In this document: positions 25,301-40,300 of the stretch, in pieces
How the letters are laid out: every line of letters begins with the position of its first letter
How positions within the stretch are numbered: the first letter of the stretch is position 1
From: Dimargaris cristalligena
Lineage: Eukaryota
Length of the DNA: 59,150 nucleotides
Assembly (NCBI GenBank): GCA_003614675.1
Contig: ML002248.1
Location: 1-59,150, forward strand
Direction: 5' to 3'
Notes under the pieces: model-generated
The model's input: only the letters and a program-made list of their open reading frames with translations
The model's database searches: none
Told to the model about the DNA's origin: nothing
Made by a program: the position numbers and the translations under genes

Positions 25301-28300
25301 AATTGTCGACATCTCAATCACTGTCTATGGACAAGCTGTTTTCGGATGAAGTTAAATTTAACCTGGATCGAGGGGTCCTTAGTCAGGTGAATCTGTATCA
25401 TTTTCCGACGACTACCGAAGGGGGCGCAGCATCGGCTATATGCCTTCGAATTCATGACATTGCCGCTGATTGGCAAATGTTCAGTAAAATGGTTAACCAC
25501 TTGACTATGGGACTATATGGAATTTCTCCGAATAATTCTGAGCCATTGGTAACTAAACTGAACCCCGGTTATCATGCTGTAAAGGGTACTGACACCAGTT
25601 ACTGGACGACACTTCTCAGCGATCCCCCTACCGAGCTTACTCTGCCTCTTGATCATGCCCGACCCCTACTGCCGAGTTTCCGATCTGCCACAGTTCACCT
25701 TACAATTGAACCTAAGTTGGTGTCTTCCCTGGCGAGCCTTAAATCTGCCGGTCCATTTGCCCAGGGCGATATTTGGCTGGCACTCTTCGCCGTCTTCCTA
25801 AGGCGATTGACGGGTCAGGACGATATCGTCATTGATTACTGCGGTTTGGAAGACCCACCCAATGGCCAAGTAGGGGGATCTACCGAACAACCCGCCACTA
25901 ATCTACCTGTTCGCTGTTCTGGAAACTGGCCAGCACACATCCCCCAACTTGCTGAGAACATCAATCTTCAGCGCCACCAATCCATGAGTCATCCGATTCC
26001 ATCGATCGATTTCTATTCTTCGTTTGTGGATCACCTCGGTCTTAACCGACTATCATCCAGCCTTGCTCGGGTTCGGATTTCTCTCCACCAGGGCTCTCAT
26101 GAAAAATCTGGCACTAATGGGTCCCAAATTACTTATCCAGACAACTCCCAGTCGTTGTTTCCGTATGATCTGGAACTGGTTATCCGAGAATCAACATTGG
26201 GGCATAGCTGCCATCTGCTTTTCAATCCGGATATACTGGAAAGTTCGACAGCCAAGCGTTTATTATCCAACTTTCTTCATTACGCTCAGGAATGTCTATG
26301 CTCCGAAATGTCATGGTCAGATGCTTCAACGGTTTCCACCAAAGAATCTCGCGTCTTGCTCCAGGAATTTGCCCTTGGGGGATTACACCCTGATCAAATG
26401 GCTGTAGAGTCGCCCGCTGGGGTTCTGTGCCAGTTTAACCGGATGGCAGCCCTGTATCCCAACTGCTCTGCCACTGAAATATCCGGTCAAGTGTGGACCT
26501 ACCTAGATCTCGTAGACCGTATTCATTTAGTGGCCGCTGGTTTGCGTGATGCCCAGATTCAGCCGGGTGACAAGATTGGAGTTATCGTTACCAACCACCC
26601 AAACACGGTGGCCGGGATGCTGGCGGCTTGGGTTGTGGGGGCCGTATACGTGCCCGTAGACCATAAGCTGCCGGTGAAACGCCAGAAGTATGTTATCGAG
26701 GCAGCTTGTTGTAAAGTTGTACTGAACGCCACTGATTCACCTAGCCAGTTGCCTAATACCTTAGTCCTGTCTGAGCTTCTAGAGGGTAATGGCGATTTTG
26801 GCAACAGGTCCAACATTTACAATAGTCGCCCTGATGACCTGGCCTACGTTATCTTCACTTCGGGATCCACGGGTCTGCCCAAGGGGGTGATGGTGACTCA
26901 TAGCAACCTCGATCACCAGGTTGGCAATCCCGTCTTCCAAGATTTCCAAGTAGCCGGTCAGCGTGTCATGGCGGGAACTGCCCCTGGGTTTGACGTGTTC
27001 ATTCTGAATTCCCTCCTTCCTTTGTGTAACGGCTCGACACTGGTGTTCTACGGGGACAATTTGGCCGAAACGCTGCGTCAGGTAGACCAAACTTGGTTAG
27101 TACCGTCGGTCATCAACCGGCTGAACCCCTCTGACTACCCCAATCTCAAAAAACTGTGCCTAGCGGGCGAGCCACTCAGCCGCGAGTTGGTTGACAAATG
27201 GTCGATCATTCCTGATATTTACAATGGCTATGGGCCCACTGAGACAACCATCATTAGCCATTTTACCCGCGTCCCGCCTACTGGCACAATCCCCATTGGC
27301 CCTCCAATTTTCAATTACGAGTGCTATATCCTGGACAGTCAACTGCAGCTGGTACCTATCGGGGCCATTGGCGAAATACTCATTGGCGGTGTCGGGGTCA
27401 GCTGTGGCTACATTAACCGATCCGATCTTAATCCTACCGCGTTTATTGAAAACACCTTCACTGGCCGGGGTAAACTCTACCGTACCGGTGACCTTGGTCG
27501 CTGGCTAACCAACGGCCAGGTTGAATGTCTGGGGCGTATGGACAGCCAGATCAAACTGCGCGGGTTCCGTATTGAGCTGGACGAAATCCGAAGTGTCTTG
27601 ATGCGTCAGCTCGGAGTCCAGAACTGTGTCGTCTTTGTCCATGGCCAGTTCTTGGTCGGCTATGTCTTCCCTGAATCCGCAGCCAATAGCAATGGACTTC
27701 ATATTGCCCTGGCCGATAGTTTGCCATCATATATGGTGCCCAGTTACTTCATGGGTTTACCGACAGTGCCCCTCACCGCTAACGGCAAGTGCGACACCAA
27801 ATTTCTGCAAAGCCATTTCACCGAATATTTGGCCTCCCAGCGTAAACAGGCACCATCGTCCAACCTAGCTTTGGACTTGTCAAGCCGGCCACTGGGGGCC
27901 TTAACCGAAGCACTGGCCGATGTACTTGGCCTAGCCCTTGCCCAGATTAATATACAATTATCATTTGTTAAACTCGGTGGTGACTCAATTTCGGCTATTC
28001 AAGTTTCGTCAAAGTGTCGTCAACTTGGGTTTACTCTACCTACCTCCATGATACTGGGGTCAAAATCACTGTGTGAATTAGTTGGCAGTATGGAGGTCAT
28101 TAGCCCTACAGTCGGTCAGACAGCTCTCCACCAGCCTATTCAATACCGCACTCCCTTCCCCTTTACCCCAGTCCAGCAGTGGTTTTTTGACCATCCCTGG
28201 CGCAACCCTCACCACTTCAACCAGTCGTTTGCCCTTGAATTGACCCAGACATTATCCGCTCCCCAGATTGAGTCAGCTCTTCTTCGCCTGATTAATCACC

Positions 28301-31300
28301 ACGACATACTGCGCTGTCAGTTCACTCAGGACGTTTCTCATTCTCCCAACCGGTGGTCCCAATGTATACTGCCGCCGTTTGCCAGCCTTCCCATTCCCGT
28401 GGTGGAAGTTACCGCCCCTTTGTCCGATTGCCCCGGTCATTTCCTATCAATCCAGTCATCTCTTGACATCTCCCAGGGCCACCACATGGCTGCGGGCCTT
28501 ATTACTCTCTCGGAGCATAATATCGACTCATCCTCCGATACGGTTTCTCACTTCGCGGTGTCATCCCAGGCATCCCCTCGGCAGTTGTTATACTTGACTA
28601 TCCACCATTTGGTAGTCGATTTGGTATCCTGGTCCATTTTATTAGAAGATTTGGCGCGACTTTTAGATGGACAGTTGCCCGTCCCGCAGCATCTCTCGTT
28701 TGTTACCTGGGCAACTGAGTTGGTCGACTGGGCCAAAGAAACTGCTCATGTCGCTGATTTATCACTTGCCCCAATGATATTGGCATCCTTTTTACCCCTC
28801 AGCAGTCCCGACGCCTTGGCATTCAATACCCAGCGTAATTCGCAATATTTGTCCATCACCTTGGATAAAATTAATTCGGATGCTCTGCTAGGGGCCTATG
28901 ATCTACCTATCCAGCCTTTGGAACTGATGTTTGCTGGCATATTTCAGGCCCTGTACTCTCTGACCCAAGCGTCAGCCCTTTGCGTTTTCAACGAATCCCA
29001 TGGCCGCCATTCCTGGGAATCCAGCCTTGATCCCAGCCATACCGTGGGCTGGTTTACCGCTCTAGTACCCTGCCAGGTTCAGGCTGACGCTGGCACATCG
29101 ACCTCAGATTTCCTTAAACTGGCCAAACAGGCCCTCCGTTCGTCGAATGGCACCAATGGATTGCAATATGGTCTCCAGAGAATAGTAAACTGTTCTAAGG
29201 TTGAAGCCTCTAATGACCGGCCCTATTTGCCGATTGAGGTCGTATTCAACTACCTAGGGCACACAATGGACTACGGCACACTGACCCAACAGGGTCGTGC
29301 CCCCTGGGCCCCTCGCCCCGAATTGACTGCCGGTTTGGCGGTTTGTGATGCCGATGAGCTCCGTACCCAGATATTGGAAATTATTGGTTATCCAACTTCC
29401 GAGGGTCTGGTATTCATGGTCCGATATTGTCCCCAGGTCATAGCAACAGGCATTATTGAGTCACTATTGGGCTGCTTCCGAGACTCCCTTGTCGGTATGG
29501 TGCAGGCCATCCAACAGTCCCCTAGTCCCCCACTTTGGACTCCAACGGACTTCCCTGACCTACAGGCCACTCTGCCAGAACTAACCAAACTTGAATCTGA
29601 GCTTGCCACCATTGGCCTTACTCCACACGATGTTGAAGATCTCTACCCCATGTTACCCATGCAGCAGGGCATGTGGACAGCCACGGCCAAGGATCCCTCT
29701 GAATACCTGGTCCAACTGGCCTTTACCGTTACTGGAGTATCAAACGTCGACCGACTTGAGGCGGCCACTCAGGCAGTTGTGAGTGACTACACCGTTTTGC
29801 GCACAATGTTTGTAACCACCTGGAGTAATTTCCATTGCCAAGGTGTCCAAGTAGTGACCCGAGAACCACGATTTGGTTGGCAGATCATTAATGAGTGGTC
29901 AGACGTAGATTCCATTTGTGAGGCTGATTTCATGCAGTCCAACAAAAGGCGCGGTTTCGGGCCCAACGAACCCCTTCTCCGAGTCCTTGTTAATCAGCTG
30001 TCGGCCAACGTAATCCGTTACTTATTATCCATCCACCATGCACTAATTGACGGGTGGTCCATCGGGATTCTGATTAGTCGGCTCCGGGCTCATCTTCAAA
30101 ACAATGCAGGAATCCAGCTGGTGCGACCCCCTGTATTCCGCGACTATGTAGCACATCTGCAAAAGTCTAGCAAAGAAGACGCGAAATTGTTTTGGTCGGA
30201 GTACCTACGAGGTATAGAGCAGCCAACGGATTTGGAACTCCCCAAGCCTGCTCGCAAATGTAATTCACCAATAGCTGAACTAAAAATGACACTCTTCCAG
30301 AATGTTTCCCCAATTACTCAGCTCGCTCACCGTATGGGGATCACTCCCTATGTCCTTGTAAAATCCGCCTGGGCTCTTCTCTTGAGCCGCTATACTGGTC
30401 AGCCTGATGTCATTTTCGGCAATACTGTGTCTGGTAGAGCACTGCCCCTTGCCGACATCGAGTCCCATCTAGGGTGTCTTATCAATACGGTTCCATTCCG
30501 GGTTCATGCTGACGAGTCCATGTCGGTGGCTCAATGGGTCACTGCTATACATGACAACTCCCAACAGGTTATTTCATTCGAGCACCACCATATATCGGAG
30601 ATCAACACATGGGTCGAAGGAGAAATTCGGCCAAGTGACCTGTTCAATACGCTCGTTGTGTACGAAAGCTACCCTGAAACGGAGATAAATGACCGAGATC
30701 ATTCAGTTATTTTTACTGATACCGAGTTTCTCGAATCTAGTGACTATCCCCTTACACTAGTAGTCCTGATGGAGAAGGGCCAACTTAACGCTTGCTTGAA
30801 ATGGAACTCGCAACAATTTGGCTCGACTTATATTGATGTCATGGCAAGACACTTGTTCACTCTATTCAATGGGCTGGTCTCCGCCTTATCCGACACCGAT
30901 GGCCAAGTCCGCGTACAGGATTTGCCCATGCTTTCGCCCAACGAGCGAGCCGTTGTAATCGAGAAATTTGCTAGTCGTCACCTCACCATCGACCCCGGTG
31001 CTTGTGTGCCAGACTTGTTTACTAGATCGGCTCAGATCAGACCAAATGTTATTGCCGTGGAGTACGAGGACACTAAATGGACCTATGCTTATTTACACAG
31101 CCAGGCGCTCAATCTAGCCCAGCGACTGCTAGTCCGAGGGGTCCCGCGTGAAACACCCATTGGCCTGCTTATTGACCGGATTCCCAGTACAATTGCGGCC
31201 TTTATGGGCTTACAGTTGTCAGGGGCAGTTTTGGTTCCCCTGGACCCTACTTTCCCCATTGAGCGTATCAGGTATATTGTGGAAGACTGCAACATTGGCC

Positions 31301-34300
31301 TAGTTCTTACCAACATGGCGGACCAGTCCAAACTGGACACCATTCACCTAGCCCTCACCCAAGTTGAAATCCAACCGATCGACCCGTTGCTTTTGCCCCT
31401 TCAACTAGCCCAGGACCAACTACCTATCCTCCCACACATTCACTCCTCTGACCTTTCCTATATAGTGTATACATCAGGAACTACGGGCCGGCCCAAGGGT
31501 GTCCAAATCGAACATTGCCTCATGGGCAACTTTGTCCAACAATTGGAATCGACAGTTGGTATTTCCGCTGGCCTGCGCTTGATGCAAAATATGGCGATGA
31601 CCTTTGACGGTGCCCTACTTGAGATATTTACCAGCCTATGCAAGGGGGCCACCCTTGTTCTTAGGACGGATCTGTTGGACACACTACCCAAGGTGAATGG
31701 TTTATTCGCCACCCCTACTGTACTGGCTTCTCTTGATCCGACCAAATATCCTAATCTACAAATGGTCATTTCCGGTGGAGAGGCCCTTCCTCAAGAAGTA
31801 GCCAAACGCTGGGCCCATCACTGTCGAGTGTTCAACATGTACGGGCCCACCGAGGTTCTGGCCTCACACACAGTCGAGTACAGACTCGGTGACGTCATGA
31901 CTATTGGTTACCCGGTACCTAATACCCAGGGCTATATCCTCGACCGCTTTTTGCACCCCGTTCCGATCGGGGTGCGTGGTGAAATCTACGTGGGTGGCGC
32001 ACAAGTCACACGGGGCTATGTCAACTTACCCGGCCTCAATGCCGCGAGATTAATCCCCAATCCTTTTAGTGGGTCGGGTAATATGTACCGGACAGGGGAC
32101 TCTGCTCGCTGGCTACCCAATGGTACGGTTGAGTACTTTTCACGGCATGACGACCAGGTGAAAATTCGTGGTCATCGAATTGAACCCCGGGAAATCGAGG
32201 CGGTCCTTCTCAGCCACCCGGATGTACAGAGTGCCGCTGTGGTCATTATTAGCCAAAGTATCTATGGCTTTGTCTGCCCTGCTTCCGTTTCCATTGGATC
32301 CATCAAATTGCACATTGGTCGGATTCTACCAGCCTATATGAACCCCAAAACCATATTTATTATTGAGATGCTACCCTGCAACACCAACGGCAAGACCGAT
32401 AAGCACGCCTTAGCTACCCGAATCGCCGAGTTAACCGTAATGACTACTGGACGTGCCATCACGGCCCCGCTTAATTCAGTCCAGGCCCTAGTTGTAGAGG
32501 CCCTCAGCCAGACCTTGGATATACCCAGTGTTGAGATTGACATTTACGACTCCTTTTTCCAGCACGGCGGTGACTCGATTTCGGCCATCCGCCTGTCCTC
32601 CCTTTGTCGAGACCGCGGTCTATACTTATCCATCGCCCAGGTATTCAAGTGTAGTAATATCATCGAGCTGGCCGAGTGTGCTTCTGATCACGCCATGTCT
32701 GACAATCTACCAGAAGCCCACAACTTTGCCCACTATGAGCCCTATAGCCTACTTGGAGAAGTGGGTGATCCTTCTTCGGTCGTGAAATATCTCCTGCACG
32801 AGGCATCCTCCCAGCTGAAGATGGATTTGGACAATATTACTGATATTCTACCGGCTTCTGGGCTTCAATTGGGCTTTCTCATCAGTACCCTGAAAGACCC
32901 GAGTGCGTATATGGTACAGGAATCTTTCACCATTTCCGGGGACTTAGACTTGGATCGCCTCCAGCAAGCCTGGTACCTGTTGGCTGAGCACCATGATATC
33001 TTGCGAACAAAATTCTTCCGACCTGAATCTCTATCAAGTCACTCCTTCCTCCAGGTCATCACTAAGCGGTGCGACATTGAATGGTCAGTCCATACAGATA
33101 TAGTCGACGACTGGTCCACACTGGAGAAGACTTATTTTGAAATTGACCGTCGTCGTGGGTTTACTTTCGACGGACCACTATTACGGATGGGCTTCTTCAC
33201 CTCACCGGCCACTGGCGATCTCCGGCACTTGTGTTTCTTGACCTTCCACCATGCCCTACTCGATGCCTGGTCTCAGAATATTGTGTTGACCCAACTGGTT
33301 GACCTATACCACGGTACTAAGCCTACCCCCTCTACCCAGTTTAGTAGTTACATTTCCCACCTCCAAAGCACCAACCCATCACAGCTCCAAAAGTTCTGGC
33401 AAACGACACTAGAGAATGCCCAATCCACCCCACCTATACATTTTCCTGTTCACCTCCCCGAACCCCTGGATTGCAATTATGGAATATATCGAACCACACT
33501 GTCGTTAAATCTGTCTAGCCTGCACGCATTCTGTCGCCAGCAAAGCATTACCCTCAATTCCCTCCTGCGTAGTGTCTGGGCTCTTACCCTGTCCCGCTAC
33601 CTTGGCTTGTCCAGTGAAGTATCCTTCGGGGTTCTTACTTCCGGTCGCAATGTTCCTGTACCAGGTGTCCAGGAAATGGTGGGCATGTGTATTAATACTA
33701 TCCCGTTCCGAGCGTCACTTGACCAATCGACCTCTGTTACCAATTTTGTCCAGCGTTTGCATCGCCAATCCGGTGAACTGACGGCATCTGAGCAGTGTGG
33801 TCTTGTAGATATATACAAATGGGGCCAAATCAACTCCGAAACCAAGCTCTTCAACTCCCTGATGATTTATGATAACTTCCCGCCCTCCGCACCCAGCACC
33901 TCTAACCCCGATATCACCCTCGAGCTTAGTGATGTACAAAATTTTACCGAATACGCCTACACCGTCAGTTTTTTTGATAACAGCGATAATCTGGACTGTC
34001 ACTTGGTTTACGATATGACCCACTGTGACGATACCTATGCTTGCCATTTGATTCGGTTTATCGACCATTGCTTGTCAATGATGGTACATGCCCCGTGTCT
34101 AAGTCTGGGTGAGCTCATGATCCTTCCAATTGATGAGGCCCAGCTCGTACACGGCTGGGCCCAAGGGCCTGTGCGTGAATTCCCCCAGAAACAATGGCTG
34201 GCCTATCGGCTGTTCAGTCAGCATGTCTCCTCCAGATCCGAAGCCGTCGCCCTTGAGACCTCAAATCACCGATTTACCTATGCCGAGGTTTACCATCGGT

Positions 34301-37300
34301 CGTGTTGTATTGCCCTGACCCTCCAGCAACGCGGATTCAGCCCCGGTAACCTTGCCGCCCTGATCTTTACCAAGTCAGCTGATTTTATATTCAGCTATCT
34401 GGGAGTCCTTTTGGCCGGTGGCGTGTGTATCCCAATGGATGCAGGCAATGCCCTTGACCGCCTACAATACATGTTTGGGTTGTTAGACAGCCCGTGGCTT
34501 ATGACCACTGTTAGCCATTATAAAAACTGCAGCGATCACATTTCGGTGATGGACAGTCAGTGCTGCTTTGTCGATACCATGGACTACAGTAAGATTGTTG
34601 TCGATTTGTTCCGGCCGGATACCTCTCGCACGTCCTCGGACTTGGCCTACATTGTGTTCACGTCAGGGACCACCGGCCGGCCCAAGGGAATTCCCGTGCG
34701 GCATGAGTCACTCGTCAACTTTACCGTATCAAATTGCGAAACCATCCAGCTTGACACTGAGTGCCGTTTCCTACAATTGCTGAATATTTCATTTGACGGG
34801 TGCCTCCTCGAAATCTTTGGTGCATTCCATTGTGGAGGTACGCTAGTACTCCAGGATGGGAATCTTCTCGACACCCTAACTCGGGTTGACACCTGCTTCC
34901 TCATTCCATCAATGCTGTCAGCCATTGATATCGAGACGTATCCCAATCTAAAAACAGTATTCATTGGTGGCGAACCTGTTCCACTTAATATCGCCTACCA
35001 GTGGTGTGAACGTGTCCGCTTATTCAATATTTACGGACCAACGGAAATCACAATCGTGTGTCACACTGACCAAGTATATAGCAGTGAGCCGCTCTCCATC
35101 GGCCGTTCACTAGCCAATACCCAAGGGTATGTCCTTGATGACCAGCTCCAACCCGTGCCTGTAGGTGTCCCCGGAGAACTTTGCATTGGTGGGGTTGGGG
35201 TCAGTTCAGGCTATTGGAAGCAACCTGAACTCGCTGCCAAATCCTTTGTTCCTAATCCATTCGGACCAGGTTGCCTGTATCGTTCTGGGGATATGGTTTG
35301 TTGGCTTTCCAGTGGCAAGATTCAGTTCATTTCGCGTAAAGACTTCCAAGTCAAACTGCGCGGTTATCGTATCGAACTGGGCGAAATCGAAAACGTCGCC
35401 TCGTCAGTGGATGGAGTTACCAATGCGATAGCCTGCGTATCCCAACAGCAACTCATTCTCTATATAGCCCCCGGGTCGGTTGACACAGGGGCCCTCAGGA
35501 CTCAGCTTACCGTCAAACTCCCGCAGTACATGGTGCCTAATTTCATCATTCCACTGGATTCCATTCCCATGACCACTGTAGGTAAGGCTGATCGCAAGAC
35601 TCTACAGGCACGGGCATTACCAGAAGATACCACTGATGAAGCCATTGATATTGACTCGTTGTCTTCGATTTTTCAACTTATGCGAGCGGCCTTGGTCGAC
35701 ACCCTCAAGATTGATCCTCAACGGGCCACTCCATCAGCCTCGTTCCTCCGACTTGGTGGGGACTCTATTTCAGCCATTCAGTTTTCCAACCGCTGTAAGC
35801 GACTGGGCCTCCGACTTTCAGTAGCCGATATTCTTAAATACCCCCAGTTATCCGTTATGGAACAGCGCGCCCATATGGTTGACACCAATAATCTACCGAG
35901 TGCCCAGTTTATAGATCCCGCCGGGCCGATTCCGTTTACTGCCGTGCAGCGATACGCCTTGAAGCAATATCGGTTTATCAACCAATTCAACCAGTCCATG
36001 CTTCTCAAGTGCCGCCAGACCCTAACTCGCACCACTCTTGCCCAGACTCTGACTACGTTGATGGCTCATCACGATATTCTTCGGGTCCAACTTGAGCATT
36101 CCAATGGACAGTGGCAGCAACGGGTGATATCTATACCCGCCGGCTCATCTACTTGGTCAAACAGGTTCTTATCCATTGAGGAAGCCACGCTCACCCTCGA
36201 TGAATACCCTGCCTGGGTGAGTCAAATACAGCGGAATATTTCCATTGAGCACGGGCCGATAATGGCCTGCGGCCTATTAATGTTGGATGGTGAGCAGCAT
36301 ATTTACCTGACTATTCACCATTTTGCGGTCGATTTTGTCTCCTGGCGGATTATTCTCGAAGACTTGGAAGCCCTGTTGACAAACCAGGATTTGCCCGCCA
36401 AGACTATGCCGTTCCGAGACTGGGCCACCCAGGTCCATACTTTTGCGCAGACTCTGTCCGAATCAATCTGGCCAGTGGAATTCACACCAGCTGACTCCAT
36501 CCCCCTGGACTATCCATTTTCATCTGCGAGTGACCTAGGTACCCCTCTCGCAATAACCTACCATTCGTTCGAAGTCCAACAAGCATCACTTGGCCTCGAT
36601 TTGTCCGACACTCTATATACCGAGGTTTCCCCTACCGTAGGGGCTTCACCTCAAGAATTTCTGATAGCTTCTCTTCTTCTCTCTCTACAAAAAACCTTTG
36701 GACTTTCCGTAATCGAGTTAGAACTGGAAGGCCATGGTCGTCGGACCTGGGACTCTGCCATCGACATCAGCCGTACGGTAGGCTGGTTTACCTCCATCTA
36801 CCCAGCTTTATTCCACCTGAACCAGGCGGAAACCCATCATGCTTTTGGACACACCTTGGGTTCCTTGGCCCTAGTCAAACAGCGCATGCGTTCGATTCCC
36901 GACCATGGCTTCCCGTATAGTCTCCAGCGCTACCTCAAGGGCACCTCCCCTTTGTCGGCTCCGGCTATCAATAGGGCGGCACCAGAAGCGGGCATGGTAC
37001 CTTCAGATGACTGGAACCGTATAACGTTCAACTACTCAGGACGGTTCGAACAGCTGGAGGCCCAGAATGCATTCTGGCGCCCCCACCACATCGAAATGGG
37101 TTGGACCGACGATTGGAGCAAGGACGAGGTTTTCAGTCGCGCACTTAGCGTGGCCTGTGACTATACGGTTGGTGAAGGCCTCGTACTTAGTGTAATGTAT
37201 TCTAACAAACTTCACCATAACATAACAATCCAGCGATTGGTCGATCAGTGGCGTACCTCTCTCGAAGAGCTCATTCTCGAATGCAAGGTTGTTCCTGCAC

Positions 37301-40300
37301 CATCCATTGTGACAGCTAGCGATTTTTCTTCGGCTCAACTTACTGAATCGGATTTTGCCAAGATGGTTCAGGATGACTTACCCTTATTGGACTTGATATT
37401 GGCCGATATTGAGGACATCTACCCCTGCCTACCAGTTCAAGAAGGTCTACTGTTTGCCACCCTCCAGGACCCGGCCGCTTACATGGTCCAGCTAGGGTTC
37501 AATATCAGTGGCCAGCTTAATGTCGGTCGCTTTTATCAGGCGTGGAACCAAACTGCGCGAGATCACCCAATCCTTCGTACGCGCTTCTTAACCGCCAGTG
37601 GGTGTGATGCCAGTAAGAACCTCCAGGTTGTGGCTAGGGATTTTAATGCCCATTGGCTTATTCGAAGCTGGGAGAAGGACTGCGCTGATACTATGCGAGA
37701 CCAATTCTTCCTTCAAGAGCGGACTACTGGATTCAACCCCGACCAGCCTTGGATCCGGTTTGGTCTTTTCCGGACGGCCCCTAATTCATTTAAACTATTG
37801 GTTTCGGTGCACCACGCCCTGATCGATGGCTGGTCCGTCGGGTTGCTACTCCATAGTGTCTGCTGTAACTACTTCGAGGACCCTTTGCCTAAGGCAGTAC
37901 ATTACCGTGATTTCGTTGACTATATTGGGAACCAAGATAATGCCGTGGCCAAGCGGTTCTGGTCCGATAAATTTTCTGGAGTTGGAGAGCCAAGTTTATT
38001 AGTACAAGCGAATCATCATCCCGCCTTCCCAGCCCTGCGACCCAGTGACACTGCATTTTATGGAACCGTCGAAAGGTCGGTACCGATTTTGGAGAAGATT
38101 AATAAGCTGATTAGTACCAATGGAGTTACCCTTTCGACCCTTTTACGAGTAGCAATGGCGGCGACTCTTCACCGCCACACCGGATCTACTGACCCAGTAT
38201 TTGGTGTGGTGGTCTCGGGCCGGAATGTCCCTGTGGAAGGTGTCGAGAACATCATTGGGGCGTGTATCAATACCATTCCCTGCCGAGTGGCCCTGGGTAA
38301 CAATCCGTCAGTCCGGGATATTCTACAGGCCGTGTACGCGACGAGCACCCAGACCCACGGTTTCGAACACTGTCGGCTTACGGATATCCATCGCTGGAGT
38401 GGCCTTAGTCAAGATCGTCCGTTATTCAACACCCTCCTGGTACTGGAGAACTACCCGGAAACTTCAGCGAATCCGAATCTTCCGTTTCAATTGGAACTTG
38501 ACAGTTACTGGGATCCCACGGACTTCCCACTTGCTGTCATTGTCCATACCCAAGGAGATCAGCTCCAATTTCGAGTAACCTACCGGACATTGGATTTTAG
38601 CCCCGAGTTCATTCACTTATTTGCTGACCATTTCATTACCACATTATCGTGTCTACTGTCTGCCGACGCCAGTAGCCCACTTTCAGATATTCAGATTCTA
38701 AGTCCACTCGAACGCGAACAACTGCTGGTAAGCTGGGCTACCAATCCTCAGGATTTCCCCCCAGTCTTGGCTCATGATCTCTTCAGCCAACAGTGTCAGA
38801 GTGAACCACACGCCGTGGCTCTCATCCATAACGGCCAAAAATACACCTACACGCAACTGGATATGGCTGCTAATCGACTAGCCCACTCACTGGTCCTATT
38901 GATACCCTGTGGTTCCGACCGTATAGTGGCTTTAGTTGCCGACAACTGCCCGGAACTCATTATAGGGCAACTGGCCATTTGGAAGACGGGCTGTGCATTT
39001 GTTATTTTGGCGCCTGACTATCCCCTCGAGCGACATCAATTAATCTTGAAAGACACCCAAGCGATCGCCATTATGGGCAAACCCTCCTGTCTCTCCGCTA
39101 TAGACGACCTCGGACTAAATGTACCTATGATACCGATAAACAGTGATTCCCTTTTTACAGATGGGACAACGAACGTATATCTATCGCCGGCCATTGACCC
39201 CTCCCATTTGGCGGCTATCATCTACACATCGGGCTCGACTGGTATCCCCAAGGGTGTCATGCATGAACACCACGCACTAGCCAACCACTGGCAGGGTATG
39301 GGTAGTATTACTAACATGACACTCGGTGCCATCACTCCAACCCTCGTTACCCCCACCTTTGATGTGTCCCTATCCGAGATATGGTCCACATTGTCCTTTG
39401 GCGGTACCCTTCTAGTAAGCCAAGGGGATTACGAAAGTGCCCTTTCTCAGGCCACTCGAGCCTGCTGCACTCCTTCCCTACTGTCCAGCTTTGAACCGGC
39501 CAATTTCCCCAACTTACGCCAAGTTACTATTACGGGTGAGCCAGCCAACCAAGGAATAGTAAATAGATGGGCCGACTCGGTTGACCTCATCAACTGGTAC
39601 GGCCCTACCGAAGTGGCCTGCGGATCCCACTGGTTCCGACTCCAGGCCAACAAGAAAATAATCCCCATCGGTGCTCCACTGCCCAATGCCACTGGCATTA
39701 TCCTAGACACCTACCTGCGTCCGGTCCCTGTCGGTGCTGTCGGCCAGCTCTACTTAGGCGGCCGTGGTGTGGCCCGTGGCTACCTCAACCGCCCCGAACT
39801 TACCCAGGAGAAATTTATTTTGAGTCCATTCACTAGTGAGCGCATTTACCAGTCGGGTGATTTGGCCCGCTGGCTACCCAATGGCCAGATTGAATGTCTC
39901 GGCCGGATTGATAATCAAGTCAAATTGCGGGGGTTCCGGATTGAACTAGGCGAGATTGAGAGCGCCCTGGAACATCACGCCGCCGTGGCCCAAGCCTGTG
40001 TTGTTATCCAGGACGACACCCACTTGGTCGGCTACATCGTTCCCCCTTCTGGCCAATCAACCGCTATTCTGGACTCTTTAAGATCCCGGCTACCCTACTA
40101 CATGGTGCCCTCTGTCCTGGTGGAACTTGCCGAATTACCACTGACCCGGGTGGGTAAAGTGGATCGTAGGACCCTGCCCAAACATGACTTTGCGGCCATT
40201 AGTAACAGCCACAAGGCCGCCCAAGTCAGTCCAGCCGAAGCCCAACTCATTGGCCTAGTCGCTGAAACCCTTCGGATTGATCCGAGTGTTATTTCACCAG

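Noticed and set aside
25440-25480. HDIAADW read as a heterocyclisation (Cy) DxxxxD motif
   Set aside because: The spacing is DxxxD, the rest of the domain is LCL-like, and the neighbouring A and T are dead; it is better explained as a decayed HHxxxDG.
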